NCBI GenBank assembly: GCA_030059665.1
Contig: JANVYR010000001.1
Location: forward strand, 64,001 to 128,000
Direction: 5' to 3'
Length of the DNA stretch: 64,000 bases
Origin: Candidatus Calditenuis fumarioli
GTDB lineage: Archaea; Thermoproteota; Nitrososphaeria_A; Caldarchaeales; Calditenuaceae
Shown in pieces: positions 27,655-36,507 of the stretch (position 1 is the stretch's first letter; every line of letters starts with the position of its first letter). The notes below the pieces were generated by a model, which saw only the letters and a program-made list of their open reading frames with translations, was not told the origin of the DNA and searched no databases. The position numbers and the translations under genes are program-made.

Positions 27655-29127
27655 TCAGAACTGATACCTCTCCCTGAGGGCGTGGTACAGGTCGAGGTCC
27701 GAGACCACCTCATCGACCGGTGCGGGGTCGAGCTCCCTCGGATCCGATATGCGGCCGTTGATGGCGGATGCGGCGGCGGTCGCTGGGCTAGCCAGGTGGG
27801 TCCTGGCGTTGGGGCCCTGACGGTGCTCGAAGTTCCTGTTCGACGTCGAGACGCACCTCTTACCCGGCTCAACCCTGTCGCCCGGAGCCATCGCGATGCA
27901 GTAGCTGCATCCGGAGTTCCTCCACTCGAACCCAGCCTCGATCAGCACCCTGTGGATGCCGAGACGCTCCGCCCACCTCTTCGTTACCATCGATCCCGGA
28001 ACGACCACTGCCTTGACCCCTGGAGCCACCCTCCTCCCCTTCACGAGACGGGCCACCTCTATCAGGTCCGAGAGCCTCGCGTTGGTGCACGAGCCGATGA
28101 AGACCACGTCAACGGGCGTCTCCGAGATCTTCTGGCCCGGCCTCAGGCCCATGTACTTCAGAGCCCTCTCCACCGAGACTCTCTGCGCCGGATCGGCGAA
28201 GTCCTCGGGCGATGGCACCTCCTCCGTGACGCCCACCGTCTGGGCCGGGTTGGTGCCCCAGGTGACCTGAGGCTCGATCCGGGAGACGTCGAACTCGTGC
28301 CTCTTGTCGTAGACCGCGTCGTTGTCGGTCCTGAGCTGGGCCCAGTACCTCACCGCCTCCTCCCAGTCCTCGCCCCTCGGTGCCAGCGGCCTCCCCTTCA
28401 GGTACCTGAGCACCTTCTCGTCAGGGGAGATTATCGCGGTCCTCGCGCCCCCCTCGATGGACATGTTGCAGAGGGTCATCCGGTCGTCGACGCTCATCCT
28501 TTCGACCGTCTCGCCGGTGAACTCCATCACGTGCCCGATGCCTCCTCCTGTCCCGATGCTGCGGATCACGTAGAGGATCACGTCCTTGGCAGACACGCCC
28601 TCCCTCATCTGCCCCCTCAGCCTGATCTCCATCTTCTTGGGCTTCTTCAGCCAGAGCGTCTGCGTCGCGAAGACGTGCTCGCCCTCGCTCGTCCCGATCC
28701 CGAAGGCTAGGGCACCGAAGGCGCCGTGGGTGCTGGTGTGGGAGTCGCCGCAGGCCACGGTCAGACCCGGGAGCGTGAGGCCGAGCTCCGGCATGATCAC
28801 GTGAACGATCCCCTGGTAAGGGCTGAAGTAGTCGAACAGCGTTACGCCGAACTCCCTCGCGTTCCTCTTGAGGGCCTCCATCTGGGCCGCCGACATCTCG
28901 TCCGTCACGGGCAGCGTCCTGTCGTAGGTCGGGACGTTGTGGTCCATCACCGCGAAGGTCAGGTCCGGCCTCCTCACCTTCCTCTTAGCGGCCCTCAGCC
29001 CCTCGAAGGCGATCGGAGAGGTGACCTCGTGCGTGTAGTGGCGATCTATGTACAGGAGGGTCATGCCGTCCTCGCGCTCAGCCAGGGCGTGTGCGTCCCA
29101 GATCTTCTCGAAGACCGTCCTTCCCAC
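27655..29127 (-). CDS. leuC: 3-isopropylmalate dehydratase large subunit (bacterial-type)
   Basis: HEVTSP, DHNVPT, CGDSHT, FIGSCTN, GCSYC, STSNRNFE, HLASP. Confidence 0.9.
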   Translation of the reverse strand: MGRTVFEKIWDAHALAEREDGMTLLYIDRHYTHEVTSPIAFEGLRAAKRKVRRPDLTFAVMDHNVPTYDRTLPVTDEMSAAQMEALKRNAREFGVTLFDYFSPYQGIVHVIMPELGLTLPGLTVACGDSHTSTHGAFGALAFGIGTSEGEHVFATQTLWLKKPKKMEIRLRGQMREGVSAKDVILYVIRSIGTGGGIGHVMEFTGETVERMSVDDRMTLCNMSIEGGARTAIISPDEKVLRYLKGRPLAPRGEDWEEAVRYWAQLRTDNDAVYDKRHEFDVSRIEPQVTWGTNPAQTVGVTEEVPSPEDFADPAQRVSVERALKYMGLRPGQKISETPVDVVFIGSCTNARLSDLIEVARLVKGRRVAPGVKAVVVPGSMVTKRWAERLGIHRVLIEAGFEWRNSGCSYCIAMAPGDRVEPGKRCVSTSNRNFEHRQGPNARTHLASPATAAASAINGRISDPRELDPAPVDEVVSDLDLYHALRERYQF

Positions 29128-29191
29128 GTCCTGCCTCTAAAAAAGAACCCTCCTAAAACCCTGTTGCTCGATCCGGGGCGGATGGGTTGCC

Positions 29192-29662
29192 TCAGATCTT
29201 CCGGACAGGCGTCCGCGCGCCGCAGGCCTCGCAGACGAGGAACCTGAACCTCTTCTCCGCGACGATCTGGGTGTCTATCCCTCCGCAGACCGGGCACTTC
29301 ACGAACTCCTTGTAGTAGAGCTGGAGCAGCTTCCCCAGCTCCTGCTCACCTATTTTTCCGTTGATGACGAGCCTCTCTCCCTCGAGCGTTCCGGGCTTAC
29401 CCGTCTCCTTGAAGATGAACCTGGCGAGGTGCTCAGGGTCACGTCCCAAGGCGTCAGCCAGCTGCTTGAAGTTGGTTATCACGGTCCTCCGGTGGTCCTG
29501 GAGCAACGTCGGCCTCAGCGCGATCTCCCTCTCACCACCTCCTGCAGCTCTGCCCTTCAGCTGCGAGTAGAGCCGGTCCAGCAGGGCCACGTACGCTTCC
29601 CGTCCCGAGAGCTCGGTCAACGGCGACGAGTTGTTGGCAGCCGTATTTGGCTTTGAGCGCAC
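29192..29662 (-). CDS. eif2b: Translation initiation factor 2 beta subunit (start probably further downstream)
   Basis: LLDRLY, ITNF..LADAL.RDP, CPVCGG.DT...CEACGA zinc finger. Confidence 0.92.
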   Translation of the reverse strand: MRSKPNTAANNSSPLTELSGREAYVALLDRLYSQLKGRAAGGGEREIALRPTLLQDHRRTVITNFKQLADALGRDPEHLARFIFKETGKPGTLEGERLVINGKIGEQELGKLLQLYYKEFVKCPVCGGIDTQIVAEKRFRFLVCEACGARTPVRKI

Positions 29663-29809
29663 GACGTCCTTTCGCCCTTTGGGAGCCCAGGGATCGCGGA
29701 CAAACCAATTAGCTGGACGGATCGGTCCGGTCCATGGGCGCCCTCTCGTCAGAGGAATCGCATGCGAACCGGTTAAGGGTCCGTCGTCCCGTCCAGGTGC
29801 GGCGCTGAG

Positions 29810-30943
29810 GTGGTCGCGGTGAGGGTCGCCGTTGTTGGCGGCGGGCCTGCGGGTCTCGTGGCGGCGAGGGAGCTGGCGTCTTCAGGTTTCGAGGTGACCG
29901 TCTTCGAGGAGGACGAGGTCATCGGCAGGCCCGAGCACTGCGCAGGCCTCTACAGCGTCTCTGGTCTCCGCCGGATCGCGGGACTTGAGAGGAGGTTCCT
30001 TCTGAATGCGATCAGAGGGGCAGTCTTCACGTCCGTCAGGGGGAGTACGTTCGAGCTCAGGTTCCCCCATCCCGTGGCCGTGGTCGCCGACAGGGAGGAG
30101 CTCGACAGGCACCTCGCCGAGCAGGCCCTTTCAGCGGGGGCCGAGATCCGCCTCGGCACCGGGGTCGTGGGCGTCAGGAGGGGCATGAGGCACTCCGTGG
30201 TGACGAAGGAAGGGTCGTCGGAGTTCGATGCGGTGATCGTGGCAGAGGGGATGTCGCGCAGGCTCACCCGGTCCCTCTTCGGAGACCCCTTCGGAAGGCC
30301 ACCGCTCCCGATAGCGCAGTTCCTGATCAGCCGCCACGGCCTCGAGCGCGACAAGGTCTACGTCTGGTTCGAGCGGTACCTCGACGAGTACTTCTCGTAC
30401 GCCGTCCCGATCGACGAGGAGCTGGCGCGCGTCGGTCTGGCCTGCAGGAGGAACGTGATGGAGCTCGCCCGGAGGTTCCTGAAGGAGAGGTTTCCGGAGG
30501 CCAGGGTCCTGGGCCACTACGTCCACTCGATATGGCTCGACGGCCCGGCCAGCGTGGGGCTCGACGGAAGCGTCGTCCTCGTGGGAGACTGTGCGGGCCA
30601 GAACAAGCCTCTCACAGGTGGGGGCGTCGTGGTGGGAGGCCTCTGCGCTCTGGCAGCGGCGCGCCACGTAGCGGTGCTCCTGAACGAGGGAAGGGACGGC
30701 ACCTACCGGAGGCTCGTCAGGGGGATCTACAGGGACCTGAACTGGACCAAGAGGCTCAGGGACTGGGCCTCCAGGAGGATCGACCCGTCAGACGTCGTGG
30801 AGCTCGCTGCCGAGGCCGGTCTCGATGACGTGCTGAGGAGGGTCGGAGACATGGACATGCACTTCCGGACGCTGCTCATGTCCCTCCCTAACCCACGGGG
30901 CCTGATGTTCCTCGCGGGCCTCATCCGGTCGCTGCTGGTCTAA
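29810..30943 (+). CDS. Geranylgeranyl reductase-family FAD oxidoreductase
   Basis: VVGGGPAG, HCAG, VAEG, LVGDCAGQNKPLTGGGV. Confidence 0.85.
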   Translation: MVAVRVAVVGGGPAGLVAARELASSGFEVTVFEEDEVIGRPEHCAGLYSVSGLRRIAGLERRFLLNAIRGAVFTSVRGSTFELRFPHPVAVVADREELDRHLAEQALSAGAEIRLGTGVVGVRRGMRHSVVTKEGSSEFDAVIVAEGMSRRLTRSLFGDPFGRPPLPIAQFLISRHGLERDKVYVWFERYLDEYFSYAVPIDEELARVGLACRRNVMELARRFLKERFPEARVLGHYVHSIWLDGPASVGLDGSVVLVGDCAGQNKPLTGGGVVVGGLCALAAARHVAVLLNEGRDGTYRRLVRGIYRDLNWTKRLRDWASRRIDPSDVVELAAEAGLDDVLRRVGDMDMHFRTLLMSLPNPRGLMFLAGLIRSLLV

Positions 30944-32076
30944 CCCCTGGCCTCTATCGGCACGTACCTCTGTCCCGGCTCGGGTCCGGTGTACAGGTGG
31001 AGGGGCCTGATGAGCCTGTTGTCCTTCCAGTACTCGAGGACGTGCGCCACCCACCCGACGACCCTGCTGACCGCGAAGACCGCTGTGAAGTACCCGGGAG
31101 GTATGCCTATCGCGGTGTAGACGATCGGCGTCCAGAAGTCCACGTTGGGGAATAGGCCCCTCGAGGAAAGCTTCTCGATGGCAGCCTGCTCGAGCCTGAC
31201 CGCGATCTCGTACAGGGTCTTCACGCGCCCACCCGCCAGCTCCGCGGCCCTAGCGGCCATCGCCTTCACGTACTTCGCCCTCGGGTCGTAGATCTTGTAG
31301 ACCCTGTGGCCGAAGCCCATCACCCTCCTCTTCTCAGCGAGCGTCCTCTCCAGCCAGCTCTCAACCCTGTCCGGATCGCCGATCTCCACGAACTGGTAGT
31401 ATGCAGCCTCGGCAGCGCCGCCGTGGAGGGGGCCCTTCAGCGTCATCAGACCGGTGACGATCGAGGAGTAGACGTCGCTCAGCGTGGAGGCCGTAACGAC
31501 CGCACCGAAGGTCGAGGCGGGGACGCCGTGCTCCGCGTGGAGGATCAGGATGTCGTCGAGGAACTCCACCTGGTACTGCTCCGGTCTCTTGGAGGTGACG
31601 AGGTAGATCAGGTTCCCTGCGATCCCCAGCTCGGGCTGCGACTCGATCGGCTCCTCCCCCCTCTGGACCCTGATCGTGTTCCCCAGGACAGAGCCGGCCT
31701 TGGCCACCGCTTTGATCGCGTGCTCCATCTGGTCCTTCGCCTGCGGCGGGTCCTTCGACGCGAAGAGGTAGAAGGCCGCCAGCGCGTCCATCGGGCCCGT
31801 TCGCTTCGCGGCGTACTGGACGTCCCTCTTCTCCTCCGGGGTGAGCTCCATCTCGGACCTGAGCTTCGTCAGGAACGCCTCGAACTCCGACCTGCGGGGA
31901 AGCCTGCCGTTCAGGAGGAGGTAGGAGACCTCCTCGTAGCTGCTCTTCTCCGCCAGCTCCTCCACGTCATATCCCACGTAGTACAACTTCCCGTGCTCGG
32001 TGTCGATCAGGCAGAGCGAGCTCTCGAGGACGTAAACGCCCTCGAGCCCCTTATGCACTCGTTGAGCTGCCTCCAT
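30940..32076 (-). CDS. Citrate synthase / 2-methylcitrate synthase
   Basis: KGLEGV, HAEHG, GPLHGGA, MGFGHRVYK, FPNVDF, SRVVGW. Confidence 0.92.
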   Translation of the reverse strand: MEAAQRVHKGLEGVYVLESSLCLIDTEHGKLYYVGYDVEELAEKSSYEEVSYLLLNGRLPRRSEFEAFLTKLRSEMELTPEEKRDVQYAAKRTGPMDALAAFYLFASKDPPQAKDQMEHAIKAVAKAGSVLGNTIRVQRGEEPIESQPELGIAGNLIYLVTSKRPEQYQVEFLDDILILHAEHGVPASTFGAVVTASTLSDVYSSIVTGLMTLKGPLHGGAAEAAYYQFVEIGDPDRVESWLERTLAEKRRVMGFGHRVYKIYDPRAKYVKAMAARAAELAGGRVKTLYEIAVRLEQAAIEKLSSRGLFPNVDFWTPIVYTAIGIPPGYFTAVFAVSRVVGWVAHVLEYWKDNRLIRPLHLYTGPEPGQRYVPIEARG

Positions 32077-32205
32077 GCATATTGTAAAATGCGTCCCCCT
32101 CTTTTAAATTTAGTCCGACGGTTCGACGGGAGACCGAAAAGAAAGATTCGGCCTGCAGCGCTGACGGTCGGAGCGATCGAACCCTGCGGGGTTGGGGTTT
32201 CGAGC

Positions 32206-33570
32206 TCACAACGCGAAGTGGGAGGTGATCCGCGATAGGTCGTCGAGCTCCGGGAGCCTCCAGGCCAGCCCGTGCAGCTCCTCCGCCCTCTCACGGCCGA
32301 GGACTGGCGATGCAAGCCTGAGGAACTTCTCCGAGAGCTGTCGGTCGGTCATCGGGTTCCTGAAGTGTCCGGACGGGTAGATCACCTCCTCTGTGACGGT
32401 CCTGCCGTCGGAGGTCCTCACGCTCACCCTGTTGGGCACCGCCTCGGGGTAGAGCTCGTCGTACCTCGGGTCGACCTCGACCCTCGTCCGGGACATGAGC
32501 TCGAGGAGCCTGGGATCGCTCAGCTTGTCGGGCGTGTACGAGTCCGTCCATATGTCGCCGTCGAGCAGCGTCCTGACGGTTATGTAAGGCAGGCTGTGGT
32601 CGGCGGTCTCCCTCGTCCTCGGCCTCCACTTCTCCGGGTCCTTCGCGATGATCTTGTGGGAGACGGTGAAGGTAGCGATCTCGATCGACTCGATCGCCGC
32701 GCTTCCGATCCTCTCCTTGATCCTGATGGCAGCCTCGACCGCAGACATGGAGTGGTACTCGACGGGCCACCTCTTGATGCTGGTCCTCAGGAGCCTGAAG
32801 GGTTCGCCGTCAACCCCTCCCAGCCTCGGCAGCTGGTGCATCCCGCCCGCAACGACCCTCCAGAATCCCATCTCGCCCTCGAAGATCGGTGAGGGACCGG
32901 TCATGCCGTTGGACGCGAGGAGGGCCGCGAAGACCCCGTGTCTAGAGGCGTTCGCTGCCGCACAGCCCTTCCACATGCTGAGCTCCCCGGCCCTCGTCTG
33001 CCTCAGCGCAGCCGCGTTGACACCGGCGATGTTCACCGCCTGCTCCGCCCTCTCCGGATCGAGCCCCAGGAGCCTCGAGGCCCCCGCGGCCGCGCCGATC
33101 GCGATGTAAGCGACGTGATCGTACCCCCTGTCCCTCAGGGTGGCCGTGTCCGCGAGCGCCAGTGCAACCTCGTAAGCCACCGCGATGGAGGCGATCAGGT
33201 CACGGCCGGTTGCGCCGAGGGCCTCGGCCAGCGCGAGGAGCCCGGGTATCATGTCGCTCGGGTGAAGGGCCTCCCTCGAGAGGTACGTGTCGTTGAAGTC
33301 GAGGTACCTCACGGCGACCCCGTTGACGAACGCGGCCCAGTCGGGGGAGGATTTCGCTTTCGAGCCGAAGAGGGATGAGGGCCCGCCCGAAGCGAACCTC
33401 TCCGCGGCCCTTCTCGCGGCCTCGAGCGGCTCGGAGCCGTGGGCGCCGTACATCACCCCGAGCGAGTCGACGAACCTCCGAACGACCTCCCGCACGACCT
33501 GTTCCGGCAGGTCCCGGAAGCTCAGAGACGACGAGTACTCGGCGATCAGGCGCGCAGCGGTCCTCACCAA
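32206..33570 (-). CDS. prpD: 2-methylcitrate dehydratase, MmgE/PrpD family
   Basis: RYLDFNDTY..HPSD, SMWKG, K..PVEYH, RETADHSLPY, GHFRNPM. Confidence 0.9.
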   Translation of the reverse strand: MVRTAARLIAEYSSSLSFRDLPEQVVREVVRRFVDSLGVMYGAHGSEPLEAARRAAERFASGGPSSLFGSKAKSSPDWAAFVNGVAVRYLDFNDTYLSREALHPSDMIPGLLALAEALGATGRDLIASIAVAYEVALALADTATLRDRGYDHVAYIAIGAAAGASRLLGLDPERAEQAVNIAGVNAAALRQTRAGELSMWKGCAAANASRHGVFAALLASNGMTGPSPIFEGEMGFWRVVAGGMHQLPRLGGVDGEPFRLLRTSIKRWPVEYHSMSAVEAAIRIKERIGSAAIESIEIATFTVSHKIIAKDPEKWRPRTRETADHSLPYITVRTLLDGDIWTDSYTPDKLSDPRLLELMSRTRVEVDPRYDELYPEAVPNRVSVRTSDGRTVTEEVIYPSGHFRNPMTDRQLSEKFLRLASPVLGRERAEELHGLAWRLPELDDLSRITSHFAL

Positions 33571-33609
33571 GTCGGACTCACCGCGTTCCTCGCAATTCCC
33601 ATCAACAGA

Positions 33610-34371
33610 TCAACCCTCCTCCCTCGTAGGCCTTGTGGCCGCGTGGGCACCAGCTGTGACGTCGATCCTCGAGATGGCCCTGAGGACTGCCCTGCCTACC
33701 CTCTCGACGTGGCCCTTGAGCTCCTCGGCGTGGTGCATAGGAACGTGCTCCACGAGGTTGTCGCTCACCAGAAGTGCCGCACCCGACTTGACGCCGCGCA
33801 TCATGCAGATCCCGAATACCGTGGCGCACTCCATCTCCACGGAGATGTACCCGCGGCCGACCCACTTCCTGACGAACTCGGGGTCCTCGGCGTAGAAGGC
33901 GTCGCTAGAGAAGACCGGCCCGATGAAGTGCCTTATGCCTTCCCGCTCGAGCTCCTCGACCGTCGCCCTCAGGACGTCGAAGGAGGGCACCGGGGTTATC
34001 CTGGCGTCAGGGATGTACTGGAGCAACGGGCCGCTGACGTACGCCGCTCCGGTGGGAACCACCACGTCGCCTATCCTCATCCCCGGGAGGAAGGCCCCTG
34101 TGGTGCCGAGCCTGAAGATCAGCCTCGATCCAAGCATGATCAGCTCCTCGACGATCCCCGCAGCTGACGAGCCGCCGACCCCGTGGGTCGCAACGGTGAC
34201 TCGCACGCCGCCGAACCTGCCGGTGTAGGTCAGGAAGCCCCTGCTCTCGTTCACCAGCTTGGCGTCCTCCAGAAGCCCCGCCAGCTGCCTCGCCCTCGCG
34301 GGATCCCCCACCACGATCGAGCGCTCGGCGATCTCCCCTGGTTTAGCCCTGATGAAGACCGGCTCCGGCAC
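33610..34371 (-). CDS. Purine/uridine nucleoside phosphorylase (PNP_UDP family)
   Basis: Start reassigned to GTG at 34371: PVFIRAKPG, VGDPARA, HGVGG, RLGTTG, SSDAFY, VEMECA. Confidence 0.9.
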   Translation of the reverse strand: MPEPVFIRAKPGEIAERSIVVGDPARARQLAGLLEDAKLVNESRGFLTYTGRFGGVRVTVATHGVGGSSAAGIVEELIMLGSRLIFRLGTTGAFLPGMRIGDVVVPTGAAYVSGPLLQYIPDARITPVPSFDVLRATVEELEREGIRHFIGPVFSSDAFYAEDPEFVRKWVGRGYISVEMECATVFGICMMRGVKSGAALLVSDNLVEHVPMHHAEELKGHVERVGRAVLRAISRIDVTAGAHAATRPTREEG

Positions 34372-34488
34372 GCGGCCCGTCCCCCGCTGGGCCTTTTGAG
34401 CTTTCCCCCCAGCCTGAACTGAACGGATCGGTCGAAGGTTCCGACCCCGCTGATTCTTACCGGCAGGGGAACGCGGCCACGGAATCAC

Positions 34489-34496
34489 TTTTATTA
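34489..34496 (+). promoter_or_regulatory. TATA box of the ubiquitin operon (likely leaderless transcript)
   Basis: TTTTATTA 27 nt upstream of the Ub ATG. Confidence 0.55.
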
Positions 34497-34522
34497 GGGG
34501 TAGTTGCGGACTCGTCCCAGCG

Positions 34523-34759
34523 ATGAAGGTCAGGATCGTGCCGGCGGTTGGTGGAGGGCCCCCTTTGGAGATAGACGTTCCTCCCTCAACGACCATCGGG
34601 GCGATCAAGCTCAGGGTCTGCGCGATGAAGAAGCTCAGGCCCGACGACACCCGTCTCACCTACAAGAACAGGGCCCTCAGCGACACTGAAACGCTCGAGT
34701 CGGCCGGGGTCTCCGACGGCGACAAGCTCGTCCTCGTGACAAGGACCGTCGGGGGCTGA
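34523..34759 (+). CDS. Eukaryote-like ubiquitin, 78 aa, ending in GG
   Basis: RLTYKNRALSDTETLESAGVSDGDKLVLVTRTVGG* aligns by eye to ubiquitin [35 protein letters not shown]. Confidence 0.9.
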   Translation: MKVRIVPAVGGGPPLEIDVPPSTTIGAIKLRVCAMKKLRPDDTRLTYKNRALSDTETLESAGVSDGDKLVLVTRTVGG

Positions 34760-34763
34760 GCGG

Positions 34764-35267
34764 TTGCAGAGGGAGGTCCAGGAGCAGATCGGCTTCATGC
34801 CGGAGCCCCTCTGGTTCAAGAGGATAGCGCTGGAGTACCAGCTGATCAGGAACTACGAGCCCACCTTCGACGCCGTCGACGGCGACCTCACCCATTACAG
34901 AGGCGTCATAGTGGGGACGGGCTACTACGAGGGCGGTTTCTTCCTGGTGGAGATCTTCCTGGACCGCACCTTCCCCTACACGCCCCCCAGGGTGGTCTGG
35001 CACACCAGGATCTGGCACCCCAACTTCACCGATGAATCGCCAGCGAGGATCTGTGAGTCGATCCTGACGAAGGACTGGCACCCCAACACCAACGTGATAG
35101 CTGTGATCGAGGCGCTGAAGAACCTCCTCTCCAACCCCAACCCCGACGACCCGCTCAACGCATGGGCGGCCTACGAGATGAAGAACTCCTTCCACACCTT
35201 CATCGCAAGGGTCCGGCAGTACATCGAGCTGTACGCGTCCCCGGAGAAGGTGCTGAGGCAAGGGTAA
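34764..35267 (+). CDS. Ubiquitin-conjugating enzyme E2
   Basis: FPYTPP, IWHPN, RICESIL catalytic Cys, DW.P, LL..PNPDDPLN. Confidence 0.95.
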   Translation: MQREVQEQIGFMPEPLWFKRIALEYQLIRNYEPTFDAVDGDLTHYRGVIVGTGYYEGGFFLVEIFLDRTFPYTPPRVVWHTRIWHPNFTDESPARICESILTKDWHPNTNVIAVIEALKNLLSNPNPDDPLNAWAAYEMKNSFHTFIARVRQYIELYASPEKVLRQG

Positions 35268-35271
35268 CGAC

Positions 35272-36456
35272 TTGAGCGCAGGGAGCGAGCTGAGCGAGCG
35301 CTACGACCGCCAGATGCGGATCTCCGGATGGAACCAAGAGCTGGTCAGCGGAGCCTCCGTGCTGATCGCCGGCGTAGGAGCCCTCGGCTGCGAGGTCGCC
35401 AAGAACCTCGCCCTCTCCGGTGTCGGCAGGATAGTCTTGGTGGATCGGGACGTCGTGGAGCTCAGCAACCTGAACAGGCAGATGCTCTTCGACGAGTCCG
35501 ACATAGGGAGGAAGAAGGCGGAGGCTGGCGCTGAGAAGCTGAGGGCCATGAACCCCCACATCAGGATCGAGGCCTACCCCTCAGACCTGAGGGACCTCCC
35601 CGCGGAGCTCTTCGCCTCGGTCGACGTGATCTGCTCGTGCCTCGACAGCTGGGGCATCAGGAGGTGGCTCAACTCCGTCGCGGTCCTGAACAACAAACCC
35701 CTCGTCGACGGCGGCATCGAGGGCATGGTCGGGAACGTGCAGGTCGTGATCCCGGGCAGAACCGCGTGCCTCGAGTGCCACGGGACCACCCTCATCCCGC
35801 AGGAGGAGAGGATGGCCGAGTGCACGCTCCGACGGAGGAGGCCGGAGGAGCTGATCGAGGACCTCAAAGCTCAGGGCCTCGAGATCTCCCGAGAGCAGGC
35901 GGAGGCCCTCTTCAGGCACAACCTGAAGACCGTCTTCGACCTGAAGTACACGCCACCCGAGTCGGTCCCAGACGGAGAGGTCAGGTCGCTCCTCGAGTCC
36001 ATCAGGGAGAAGCTCAAGCCGAGGATGCCGGCAGTCCAGAGCGTCTCGTCCGTGATCGCCGGGATCGTCTCGACCGAGGTGCTGAAGATAATCCACCGCG
36101 GATCCATCGGTAGACCCATGAGGGGCCTGCTGGTCTACGACGCCTCCAACTCGAGGTTCACGAGGGTGCCTCTGAAGAGGATGGAGAACTGCATAGTCTG
36201 CGGCCAGGTGGACACCTCACCGCCCGAGGTCACCCTGGAGGACGGCGCCACCGTTTACAGGCTCAAGGAGGTGATAGCGGAGAGGTTCGGCTTCCCGGAT
36301 GCGGAGGTGATCCACGGTACCCGCGTGCTCGGGGAAGACGCGCCGCTCTCCTCCGTCCTCGGGCCGTCCGGGGAAGGGCTCCTGTACGTTGTCACGACGA
36401 GGAGGTACGAGCCCCTTCCCATCGTCGTCAAGCTCAGGGCACCGGGAGACCGGTAG
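35272..36456 (+). CDS. Ubiquitin-activating enzyme E1 (UBA3/UBA2-like)
   Basis: RYDRQ, GVGALGCE, SNLNRQ, PGRTACLEC, catalytic ECTL, CIVC zinc pair, C-terminal UFD-like extension. Confidence 0.93.
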   Translation: MSAGSELSERYDRQMRISGWNQELVSGASVLIAGVGALGCEVAKNLALSGVGRIVLVDRDVVELSNLNRQMLFDESDIGRKKAEAGAEKLRAMNPHIRIEAYPSDLRDLPAELFASVDVICSCLDSWGIRRWLNSVAVLNNKPLVDGGIEGMVGNVQVVIPGRTACLECHGTTLIPQEERMAECTLRRRRPEELIEDLKAQGLEISREQAEALFRHNLKTVFDLKYTPPESVPDGEVRSLLESIREKLKPRMPAVQSVSSVIAGIVSTEVLKIIHRGSIGRPMRGLLVYDASNSRFTRVPLKRMENCIVCGQVDTSPPEVTLEDGATVYRLKEVIAERFGFPDAEVIHGTRVLGEDAPLSSVLGPSGEGLLYVVTTRRYEPLPIVVKLRAPGDR

Positions 36457-36507
36457 TGCTTCGGGAAAGGACAAAAGGACGCATGCCCTCTGTTCCCGGG
36501 TAGGAGG

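Noticed and set aside
34372-34659. N-terminal extension of the nucleoside phosphorylase ORF antisense to ubiquitin
   Set aside because: Family homology starts at GTG 34371; the extension is the reverse frame of the Ub gene and its promoter.
36457-36507. Hidden small RING E3 or JAB gene next to E1
   Set aside because: Only 51 nt with no Cys/His pattern; the 150 nt upstream of Ub also has no such ORF.
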